Part shown: positions 38,055 to 46,221 of the stretch, piece by piece | How the letters are laid out: every line of letters starts with the position of its first letter | How positions within the stretch are numbered: the stretch's first letter is position 1 | Assembly (NCBI GenBank): GCA_030526515.1 | Contig: JAUNCQ010000003.1 | Location: forward strand, 6,541-70,540 | Reading direction: 5' to 3' | Origin: Coriobacteriia bacterium | GTDB lineage: Bacteria; Actinomycetota; Coriobacteriia; Coriobacteriales; Eggerthellaceae | Length of the DNA stretch: 64,000 nucleotides | Made by a program: the position numbers and the translations under genes | Notes under the pieces: generated by a model | Database searches by the model: none | Told to the model about the DNA's origin: nothing | What the model saw: only the letters and a program-made list of their open reading frames with translations

Positions 38055-38285
38055 GGGCAAACGAGCGGAAGTCGGTAGCCGCGCGCTCGCCGGCCGACGG
38101 ATATGCGGAAACTGGTAGGTTGCCGCACCCATGGACCCCGCCCTCACTGCCAATTCAGCGTTTTCTTCTGGAAATAACTCCGGAATTGTCAGCGAGAGGC
38201 GACCAAGGCACCCTCAGACCCGTCGCAAACCTACCGACTTTGATATATCTGCCGGCCGCGACGAGTTCCGCTACCGATTTCTGCT
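38055..38285. repeat. Nested-inverted-repeat intergenic element, copy 2
   Basis: GGGCAAACGAGCGGAAGTCGGTAGC...GCCGACGGATATGCGGAAACTGGTAGG...CCGCACCC aligns with the left half of copy 1. The right half is CCTACCGACTTTGATATATCTGCCG...GCTACCGATTT. The central AT-rich loop differs (TTTTCTTCTGGAAATAA). Confidence 0.8.
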
Positions 38286-38432
38286 CGGTTGTCAGCGCGC
38301 GAGCGGGCGAGGGCCATCGGCACGAGGGCGAGCGAAAGCCGCCCGGCACGACGGCCGCCGCCAACGCAGCGCGCCAGCGCAACCGCGGCGCAGCACGACG
38401 GGGCCGCCCGCGCCGCGCCAGCACCCGCGCCC

Positions 38433-39779
38433 CTAGCGCTCCCCCACGAAGCCAACCAGGCGCGCAGCCAGGGCATCCCAGCTCACAGCGCTCACGTCCG
38501 CGGGGCCGGCCGACGACTCCATCGCCTCCCGCAGCGCCGCCGCCAATCGCTCCTCGAACGCAGGCAGCTCCGCGGCAACGGGCCGATCCACAGCCTCCAT
38601 AGCCGGCGGCGCCACGTACCACACCGGCGCATCCGGCACATTCGCGCGAGTCCACGGCTGAATGCCCGGCAGATCCGACACCACCACGCGACACCCGCAC
38701 GCCATGGCCTCGATGGTCACCAGCGGCAGCCCCTCGTAAAAGCTCGGCAGCACGAACACATCCGCGTCCCGATACTCCGCCACCAGCCGCTCCGTGCTCA
38801 CCTTGCCCAGCAGCCGCACGTCGTAGCGACTCACCGCCGCCAGCCGCTCCACCTCCGCCAGCTCATCCGGCGACCCGGAACCGCCGACCAGGTGCAGCCG
38901 CAGCTCATCAGCCCCATACGGCAGCCGCTCCAGCGCCCGCACCAGGCTGGGCACGCCCTTGGCCCGGGCAATCTTGCCCACATACACCAGCTTCCGCATC
39001 GGGACAGAAGAAGAGCCTGGGACGAAAGAAACGCCGGCTTCCCCGGCCTGCTCGAGCTCGCTAGCCGCGCTGGACTCACCAGCCGCGCCAGCCGAGCGGG
39101 CCGCATCGGCCTCGTCGCCCTCACCGGCAGCGCCGGCCTCGCTGGCCGCGCCGGCTTCCGCGCCCTCACCGCGGTTGAACACCCGCGCATCGTAGCCGGT
39201 GCCCAGGATGCGAATCCCCTCCCGCGCCACGCCGAACAGCTCAGCAATCTGCGCCGCCTGCTCGTCATGCAGGCTCAAGATCCCGTCCAGCTGCGGAATG
39301 GCCCGCAGGATCCGCTCCCGCTCCAAGCCATGAGAGCGCAGCTGTCGCAGGCAGGTCGAATGGCAGATGCCCCACACGGGCGTCTCCGGGAACCGCTCCC
39401 GCACGAACGCCGTCAGCAAATACAGGTGGTTGCACACGATCACGTCCGGCTGCAGCGCCGCCACGGCCGCGTCCAACTGCTGGGCGAACGCCCCCAGGAA
39501 CTGCTCCACCATGACCGGCGACATATCCCTGTACAGCGTCGACTCGTACGGCATCACATCGCTCATGCCCACCACGGGAAACGGCACCGCCTCCGTGTTG
39601 AACCTCACCGCAAACGCAGGCACATCGGCCGGCAGCGTGGAAATCACATCCGCCGCATCCACGCCGCAGACCACGGCCTGCTCATGCCCCAGCCGCGCGC
39701 ACGCGCCCACGACCTGGGAAAGATACACACCGCTGCCAGTACTGTCCGGCTTCTGCGCCGTCACGTGCAGGATCCTCAT
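38433..39779 (-). CDS. GT4-family glycosyltransferase with an internal Ala/Gly/Glu-rich insertion
   Basis: MRILHVTAQKPDSTGSGVY ... a C-terminal EGLPLVTIEAMACG motif. About 50 aa of low-complexity sequence (GEGAEAGAASEAGAAGEGDEADAARSAGAAGESSAASELEQAGEAG) lie between the two Rossmann halves. Confidence 0.8.
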   Translation of the reverse strand: MRILHVTAQKPDSTGSGVYLSQVVGACARLGHEQAVVCGVDAADVISTLPADVPAFAVRFNTEAVPFPVVGMSDVMPYESTLYRDMSPVMVEQFLGAFAQQLDAAVAALQPDVIVCNHLYLLTAFVRERFPETPVWGICHSTCLRQLRSHGLERERILRAIPQLDGILSLHDEQAAQIAELFGVAREGIRILGTGYDARVFNRGEGAEAGAASEAGAAGEGDEADAARSAGAAGESSAASELEQAGEAGVSFVPGSSSVPMRKLVYVGKIARAKGVPSLVRALERLPYGADELRLHLVGGSGSPDELAEVERLAAVSRYDVRLLGKVSTERLVAEYRDADVFVLPSFYEGLPLVTIEAMACGCRVVVSDLPGIQPWTRANVPDAPVWYVAPPAMEAVDRPVAAELPAFEERLAAALREAMESSAGPADVSAVSWDALAARLVGFVGER

Positions 39780-40031
39780 CCGCCGCACCTCCCGATTTGC
39801 CTACCGCTTGCCGCAGGCAAGCATACCACGCCGCCCACCTGGGGCGCTCGCCCACGCACGGCACCCGTGGGCCCCGCGGCGTGTTAGGGTGAACGCTAGC
39901 AAAAAATCCGCAGGACGAAACACCCGCCCGCGCGGCAGCCCCGCCTGGGGCGCGACCGCAGCACGGCAGCGCCCCGAGCAGCCGCCGGCGTTTTCGTCCC
40001 CTGAACTGGAACGCACTACCAAGGAGAGCCC

Positions 40032-41504
40032 ATGGCCACCACCGAGCAGCAAAGCCTTCTGCGCAGCCTTCCCCAGGTCGAGGAGCTGTTGCACCACGCG
40101 CACGTCACCCCGCTGGAGAAGGACCTGCCGCGGGTGAGCATCGTGGAGACCGTGCGCGCCGTCATCAACGACGCGCGCCAGGGCATCCTGGCCGGCGCCG
40201 TGACCTGCGTGGACGCTGACGCCCTGGCCGCCCAGGTTCACCTGCGGGGCCTGGCGCTGCGCCGCGCGTCCCTGCGCCGGGTGGTGAACGCGTCCGGCGT
40301 GATCATCCACACCAACCTGGGCCGCAGCGTGCTGGCCAAGCCCGCGGTGGACGCCGTCAACGACGTGGCCCGCGGCTACTCCACCCTTGAGTACAGCACC
40401 GACGCCATGGCCCGCGGCAGCCGCCACGACCACTGCGAGCAGCTCATCTGCACCCTGACCGGCGCGGAAGCCGCCATTGCCGTGAACAACAACGCCGCCG
40501 CCGTCATGATGGTGCTGGCCGAGTTCGCCCAGGGCCACGAAGCCGTGGTCAGCCGCGGCGAGCAGGTGGAGATCGGCGGCTCCTTCCGCATCCCGGACAT
40601 CATGGCCCAGTCCCACGCCACCATGGTGGAGGTGGGCGCCACCAACAAGACCCACCCCATTGACTACGAGCGCGCGCTTTCGCCCGCCACATCCATGTTG
40701 CTGAAGGTCCACACCTCCAACTACCGCATGATCGGCTTCACGGAAAGCGTCAGCATCAAGGAGCTGCGCCACATTGCCGACGCGGAAAACGCCCGTCGCG
40801 ACGCAGCCGCACAGGCAGCCGGCCGCCCCGGCAGCGCGGACCGCGTGATGGTGTACGAAGACCAGGGCTCCGGCGCGTTCATCCGCCTGGACTGCTTCGG
40901 CGAGTACGCGGAGCCCACCGTGGCCGAATCCGTGAAGCAGGGCGTTGACCTGGTCAGCTTCAGCGGCGACAAGCTGCTCGGCGGACCCCAGGCCGGCATC
41001 GTGGTGGGCCGCAAGGAGTTCATCGACCGCCTGAAGAAGAACCCGCTGGCCCGCGCCATGCGCCTGGACAAGATGACCCTGGCCGCCCTGGAGGCCACCC
41101 TGCGCCTGTACCTGGACCCGGAGCGCGCGCTGCGGGAGATCCCGACCCTGGCCATGCTGTCCACCCCGGCCGACCAGATCCGCCCCCGGGCCGAAGCACT
41201 GGCCGCCGCCATCCAGGCCACGCTGCCCCAGGGCTGCGCCGAGGTCACCGTGGTGCCGGAGATCAGCCGCGCCGGCGGCGGCGCCCTGCCCATGTGCGAC
41301 ATCCCCACCTTCGTGGCCCGCGTCCGCTTCCTGCAGGGCACGGCGCTGGACTGCAACCGCCACCTGATCAGCGAGCGCGACCTGCCGGTCATCGGCCGCC
41401 TGAGCCACGACACGCTCCTGTTCGACGCCCGCACCCTGCTGAACACCGACGAGTACAAGGAAGTTGCCCTGGCCCTGGCCGAGTACTTCAGCACCCTGAT
41501 CTAG
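40032..41504 (+). CDS. selA: L-seryl-tRNA(Sec) selenium transferase
   Basis: LRSLPQVEELL..., VINASGVIIHTNLGRS, and FSGDKLLGGPQAG (PLP Lys). RBS AAGGAGA. Confidence 0.9.
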   Translation: MATTEQQSLLRSLPQVEELLHHAHVTPLEKDLPRVSIVETVRAVINDARQGILAGAVTCVDADALAAQVHLRGLALRRASLRRVVNASGVIIHTNLGRSVLAKPAVDAVNDVARGYSTLEYSTDAMARGSRHDHCEQLICTLTGAEAAIAVNNNAAAVMMVLAEFAQGHEAVVSRGEQVEIGGSFRIPDIMAQSHATMVEVGATNKTHPIDYERALSPATSMLLKVHTSNYRMIGFTESVSIKELRHIADAENARRDAAAQAAGRPGSADRVMVYEDQGSGAFIRLDCFGEYAEPTVAESVKQGVDLVSFSGDKLLGGPQAGIVVGRKEFIDRLKKNPLARAMRLDKMTLAALEATLRLYLDPERALREIPTLAMLSTPADQIRPRAEALAAAIQATLPQGCAEVTVVPEISRAGGGALPMCDIPTFVARVRFLQGTALDCNRHLISERDLPVIGRLSHDTLLFDARTLLNTDEYKEVALALAEYFSTLI

Positions 41505-41593
41505 CTTTTTCGGACGAAAGCGCCGCTACGCCGCCGGCCCCCGCGGGGAGCTGGAAGGCGAGCGGGGATTTCGTCCTGATGTAAGGAGGAACC

Positions 41594-43522
41594 ATGAGCA
41601 CCACCGGCACGGGAAGCCTGATCCTGGGCACCGCTGGGCACATCGACCACGGCAAGTCGTCCCTGATCATGGCGCTGACCGGCACCGACCCGGACCGCCT
41701 GAAGGAGGAAAAGAAGCGCGGCATCACCATTGAGCTGGGCTTTGCGCAGCTGCTGCTGCCCAGCGGCCGCCACATGGGCGTGGTGGACGTGCCCGGCCAC
41801 GAGCGGTTCGTGCGCCAGATGGTGCAGGGCGCCACCGGCGTTGACGTGGCGCTGCTGGTCATTGCCGCGGACGACGGCGTCATGCCCCAGACCATCGAGC
41901 ACATGGCCGTGCTGGAACTGCTGGGCGTGCGCACTGCCGTGGTGGCGCTGACCAAGATCGACCTGATGGACGAGGAGTGGGTCGAGTTCATGGCGGACGA
42001 AGTGGCGGAGAAGCTGTCGGGGACCTGCTTTGCGGATGCGCCGGTGGTGCCGGTATCGTCCCGCACGGGAGCCGGCCTGGACGATCTGCGGGCCGCCCTG
42101 GACGCCGCGGCCGATGCCGCCGAGCGCACCAAGCCCGAAGGATCCATGCGCCTGCCGGTGGACCGCGTGTTCACCGTCAAGGGGTTCGGCACCGTCATCA
42201 CCGGCACCCTGTGGAGCGGCACCGTTGCCGTGGGCGACGAGCTGGAGGTTCTGCCCTCCGGCCTGCGGACCCGCGTGCGCTCCATCCAGGAGCACGGCGT
42301 TGACCAGGACGTGGCCTACGCCGGCAACCGCGTGGCCCTGAGCCTGAACGGCCTGACCACCGACGACGTGCGACCCGGCGACTTCCTGGCCGCGCCGGAG
42401 ACCATGGTGGCCTCCGACCGGTTCGACGCCAACCTGACCTACCAAGATCCGTTCCACAGCGGCAAGCCCTTCAAGACCGGCAGCCGCGTGCACGTGGCCC
42501 ACGGCACCCGCGAGGTCACCGGCCGCGTGCTGCTCATGAACGGGCGGGAGACCCTGGAGCCCGGCGCCACCGACCTGGTGCAGATCCGTCTGGACGAGCC
42601 TCTGGCCCTGAGCTATCAGGACCGGTTCATCCTGCGATCCTATTCGCCCGTGCGCGTCATTGCCGGCGGCAGCGTGGTCATGGCGCATCCGCGCAGGCGA
42701 ACGAACCTTTCGCCCGAAGAAGAGGCATTGCTGGCAGCCCTGAGGGACGGCCGGGTGCAGGAGGCGGTGGATGCCCACGTGGCGCTCATGGAGCTGCCCG
42801 AGCTTCCCGCCCAGGTGGCGGAGGCCGTGGGCTTGGACGCCGCGCTGGTGGAGCCGTGCCTGCAGGAGGCCATTGCCGGCAAGCGGCTGGCCTGGCTGGG
42901 ATCGGCCGGACGCTACCTGGTGCGGCCGGCGCTGGTGCAGAAGACGCTTTCCGCCATCGAGCGGGCGCTCATGGACTTCCATAGCAAGAATCCCGAGGCC
43001 ACGGGCATTGCCAAGGAGGCGCTGCGCCAGCGGGTGAACGACAAGCTGCCCAAGGACTGCTTCGACGCGCTGCTGGAGGAAGCCGCCGCCCGCGAGCAGG
43101 TGGTCCAGAACGGCGGCGAGGTCAGCCACCCCAAAGCCGGTGCCGGCGCCCGCGCCCTGGAGCAGAAGACGGCCCAGACCCTTGCGGCGCTGCTGGCCGA
43201 TGCCGCCGGTGCTCCCCCGCTGTTCGGCGAGCTGGCCGCCCAGGCAGGAGCCAGCCCCGACGTGGCCCGCAAGGCGCTGGCATCGCTGGTGGCCGACGGC
43301 CGCGTGGTCCGCGTGGAGCAGGAGCGCTACTACGACGCCGCCGTGATCGAACGGTACCGGAAGCTGATCCGCGGGCACCTGCGAGAGCACGGCAGCGCCA
43401 CCGCCGCGACCCTTAAGGATGTTTTGGGCACCACTCGCAAGTTCGCCATGCCGCTGCTGGAATATTTTGACGAGGAAGGCCTGACGCGACGCGACGGGGA
43501 CGAGCGATTGCTGGTAGAATAG
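41594..43522 (+). CDS. selB: Selenocysteine-specific translation elongation factor
   Basis: GTAGHIDHGKSSL, DVPGHERF and TKID G-motifs, EF-Tu-like domains II/III, and C-terminal winged-helix repeats. RBS AAGGAGGA. Confidence 0.9.
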   Translation: MSTTGTGSLILGTAGHIDHGKSSLIMALTGTDPDRLKEEKKRGITIELGFAQLLLPSGRHMGVVDVPGHERFVRQMVQGATGVDVALLVIAADDGVMPQTIEHMAVLELLGVRTAVVALTKIDLMDEEWVEFMADEVAEKLSGTCFADAPVVPVSSRTGAGLDDLRAALDAAADAAERTKPEGSMRLPVDRVFTVKGFGTVITGTLWSGTVAVGDELEVLPSGLRTRVRSIQEHGVDQDVAYAGNRVALSLNGLTTDDVRPGDFLAAPETMVASDRFDANLTYQDPFHSGKPFKTGSRVHVAHGTREVTGRVLLMNGRETLEPGATDLVQIRLDEPLALSYQDRFILRSYSPVRVIAGGSVVMAHPRRRTNLSPEEEALLAALRDGRVQEAVDAHVALMELPELPAQVAEAVGLDAALVEPCLQEAIAGKRLAWLGSAGRYLVRPALVQKTLSAIERALMDFHSKNPEATGIAKEALRQRVNDKLPKDCFDALLEEAAAREQVVQNGGEVSHPKAGAGARALEQKTAQTLAALLADAAGAPPLFGELAAQAGASPDVARKALASLVADGRVVRVEQERYYDAAVIERYRKLIRGHLREHGSATAATLKDVLGTTRKFAMPLLEYFDEEGLTRRDGDERLLVE

Positions 43523-43533
43523 CGTCCGCTCAT

Positions 43534-43630
43534 GGAGATGGATGGGCCCTGGTGGGTCCCGCGGCCTTCAAAGCCGTTGTGGGGCGCGCAGAACGTCTCG
43601 GATGTGTTCGATTCGCATGCATCTCCGCCA
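43534..43630 (+). tRNA. selC: tRNA-Sec (anticodon UCA)
   Basis: GGAGATG...CATCTCC-G-CCA acceptor stem. 6-bp D stem GGGCCC/GGGTCC with the 4-nt loop TGGT. Anticodon loop CTTCAAA. Long variable arm. T arm ATGTG-TTCGATT-CGCAT. CCA is encoded. The gene starts 11 nt after selB. Confidence 0.9.
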
Positions 43631-43639
43631 TATACGTAA

Positions 43640-43677
43640 CCGGCCCGCCAGGCATTGCCCGGCGGGCCGTTTTTTTG
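43640..43677 (+). terminator. Rho-independent terminator after selC
   Basis: Stem CGGCCCGCC / GGCGGGCCG followed by TTTTTTT. Confidence 0.85.
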
Positions 43678-43862
43678 CAGGTGTGAGCAGGGGTTTTGCG
43701 GGTGGCGGCGCTGGCGTGCGGGCCGCGGGTGCGGCGTGCGGCGCGCGAACGCCCCGCGGTCGCAGACCCCGGTGACGGCGGCGCGAGCGGCGCTTTCGCC
43801 CACTACTTCGCCGGCCGCTGCGCCGGCCAGCCCCACGGAAGGCGACGCCACCCCACACTCAC

Positions 43863-44132
43863 TGGCAGTTCCTCGACCTGTGGAGAAAGGCCCCCTCAGC
43901 GCACCTCCAAAATGGCAGTTCCCCGACCTGTGGAGCAACCCCTCCCGACCTCGCTGACAGTTCCACGACCTGTGGAGCAAAATCCCGCTGAAACCCCTCC
44001 ACAAGTCGTTGAAATGGCAGCGAAATCGCACTGATGCACCCGATCACCGGGTGACGGCGCTCCACAGGTCAGGGAACTGCCATCTGGGGCCCCTCCGACG
44101 ACCCCTCAACTCCACAGGTCGGGGAACTGCCA
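43863..44132. repeat. Cluster of six 23-bp repeats (3 direct, 3 inverted)
   Basis: TGGCAGTTCCNCGACCTGTGGAG at 43863, 43913 and 43955 (the last starts TGACAG). Its reverse complement CTCCACAGGTCNGGGAACTGCCA lies at 43997 (degenerate), 44060 and 44110. Spacing is 42-63 bp. Confidence 0.9.
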
Positions 44133-44303
44133 GCCGCGAGGGATGCCAGCCGCGGGGAACTGCCATCCGCATGGAGCACCATCCGCACGGCGCCAGCGGC
44201 CGAGGACGCCTCTGCCCGCACGGGCGCCAGCCGCGGGGGGATGCCATCCGCAGGAGCCACCCACTCGTCGTGCCGCCCGTGCGCCATGCCGCCCGCGCCC
44301 GCA

Positions 44304-45290
44304 TCAGCGCTCCTCCGCGGAAGCATCCCCCTCCGCACGCAGGCGCTTCGGCCGCACGCCGTCAAGCTGCTCCCACAGCTCATCCTGCCTGCGCCGAAAA
44401 TCCGCGCACCGGATCCGCAAAGACCGCCCCGAGCCGCAATACAGCGACTTCACCAGCGCCGACATCAGCTCCGGGCTTCTGAGCTGCGCATTCGTAAGCA
44501 CGTGAATGGGCACGCCCAAGGAGCTCAGCACCGTCCTGCGCGACGCGTCGTCATCATGCTGCTTCTTACCCAGATGCTCCTGATAGCTATCGTACTCGAC
44601 CCCGCATCCGAGCTTCGGAAAGTACAGGTCAACGCGACAATGCCCCTTCCCCAGCAGCTTCGCGCCGACCTCATCCAGCGGCACCTCATGGTTCAGCAAG
44701 ATGGGCGAAACACCCAGTCCCCCGTGCCGGTTCGGCAGACTCAGCTTCAAATACCCCCGCGATTCCTGCGGCGACGCCGCGCCCTCCCCCGCATATCGGG
44801 CGATCTCCCGCAGGCTCCGCACGTGCGGCGCCCCCTTCACTGCACCCAACGCATCCGCCAACGCGGCACGGCTGCTGAGCATCGGCTGGTCGTACCGCGC
44901 CTCATCGCCCAGCACCCTGTACGTCCCGAAGAACTCCCCCAGCAACAGCAGCCGTTGGCCAAAATCCAGACCCGCAGCATTCTGCGCAAGGCACAGCTCC
45001 GGGCAAACCACCCAGACACCAGGCAGCCACGTCTTCCGAACCAGCCCCTCAAGAGCATGCCGCCAAACGCGGCCGTTCAACGACCCATTCCGCGCCCGAG
45101 GCCCATCGCCGCTGATCAGCACATCGAACGGTCGCTCGATTCCCAGCAGGTCAAGAGCCCGCAAGGCATTTTCATCCACCTGAGCCCGGTCCGGCGCATG
45201 GCGCACGTCGGCCAAGGCAAGCCGATCAGGCTGCCCTTCGAACCGACGCCACCAGGCCAGCGCGCTGCTATGAGACAAGACAATCGCCAT
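44304..45290 (-). CDS. DUF559/Vsr-like endonuclease-fold protein, paralogue A
   Basis: The C-terminal ...HCRVDLYFPKLGCGVEYDSYQEHLGKKQHDDDASRRTVLSSLGVPIHVLT matches the DUF559 D...E-x-D...H...D..R...L..G pattern. It is a paralogue of 49857..50879. Confidence 0.65.
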   Translation of the reverse strand: MAIVLSHSSALAWWRRFEGQPDRLALADVRHAPDRAQVDENALRALDLLGIERPFDVLISGDGPRARNGSLNGRVWRHALEGLVRKTWLPGVWVVCPELCLAQNAAGLDFGQRLLLLGEFFGTYRVLGDEARYDQPMLSSRAALADALGAVKGAPHVRSLREIARYAGEGAASPQESRGYLKLSLPNRHGGLGVSPILLNHEVPLDEVGAKLLGKGHCRVDLYFPKLGCGVEYDSYQEHLGKKQHDDDASRRTVLSSLGVPIHVLTNAQLRSPELMSALVKSLYCGSGRSLRIRCADFRRRQDELWEQLDGVRPKRLRAEGDASAEER

Positions 45291-45479
45291 GCCTCCAGCC
45301 TACCGCACGGACCTTCGCGGAATCTTCCGCGTTTTCCCAACGCATTCCCAATGAAAAGGAGCCGGCAAACTGCACGGCTCCAGGTCTTTTGGGCGAAAAA
45401 TATGTCGAAGCGTAGACGGCGGCACGGGCGCTCGGCCACGCGGTCAGCACGGCGCGAGCGGCGCTTTCGCCCGCCGACG

Positions 45480-46097
45480 CTAAAGGTCCAGCTCCTGGCC
45501 GGGTTCCAGGATGATGCGGCCCTCCACATCGAACTGCTCGGCGGTGCTGCGGTCGAAGATCACCGCGTCGTTCACATCGTGAACCGGCACCAGGTGCACC
45601 GGGATGGTGTGGCGCGCGCCGATGAGCCGGGCGCACTCGCTGGCCTCGGCGGGGCCCATGTTGTAGAAGCCGTCGCCGGGCAGGGCCGCGTAGTCCAGGT
45701 TCATCTTGGCCAGCAGGCCGTTGCGCATGAAGTCGGTGGTCGAGGTGTCGCCGGACGCGTAGAACTTCACGCCGTCGAACTCCAGCACCACGCCCACGCA
45801 CTCCTCCACCGGATGGTTGTCGTTGCAGGCGGGCACGGCGCGCATGCTCACGCCGCGGCGGCTGAACGTCTGGTACGCGCCGGCGATGGGCTGGAAGTCC
45901 CGCGCCCGCAGAATCAGGCAGTCGTCGGCCTTGGGCACGCGGTCCAGCATGGTGTGGTCCGGATGCTCGTGGGTGACCAGGATAAAGTCGGCAGGGCGGT
46001 CGTAGCCTTCGCCCGCAAACGGGTCCACGTAGATCACGCGGCCGTTGCGCAGCGTGAACCTATAACTTCCGTGTCCTTGATACAGCATGCGTGCCAT
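45480..46097 (-). CDS. MBL-fold metallo-hydrolase
   Basis: The ILVTHEHPDH motif is present. RBS GAAGGAGGA. Confidence 0.8.
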   Translation of the reverse strand: MARMLYQGHGSYRFTLRNGRVIYVDPFAGEGYDRPADFILVTHEHPDHTMLDRVPKADDCLILRARDFQPIAGAYQTFSRRGVSMRAVPACNDNHPVEECVGVVLEFDGVKFYASGDTSTTDFMRNGLLAKMNLDYAALPGDGFYNMGPAEASECARLIGARHTIPVHLVPVHDVNDAVIFDRSTAEQFDVEGRIILEPGQELDL

Positions 46098-46221
46098 AGG
46101 GCATCCTCCTTCGTCGGGGCCTTAGCTCATGGGGACGAAAACGCCGTCCGGCGCCCTCAAGCTCCGGCGCCTCAAACACCGTCGGCGCCCAAAGCGCCGC
46201 CGGCACCTTCGCCCCGCTGCG

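Noticed and set aside
38155-38700. ORFs 38155..38700 and 38120..38602, which overlap repeat copy 2 and the 3' end of the glycosyltransferase gene.
   Set aside because: Their translations are Arg/Ala/Gly/Pro-rich and non-protein-like. They are explained by the repeat element and by the antisense strand of a real gene.
43863-44132. Possible CRISPR array or replication origin (TGTGGAG resembles part of a DnaA box).
   Set aside because: The repeats occur in both orientations with irregular 42-63 bp spacing and partly similar spacers. There are no cas genes, no dnaA/dnaN, no AT-rich unwinding element, and the match to TTATCCACA is poor.
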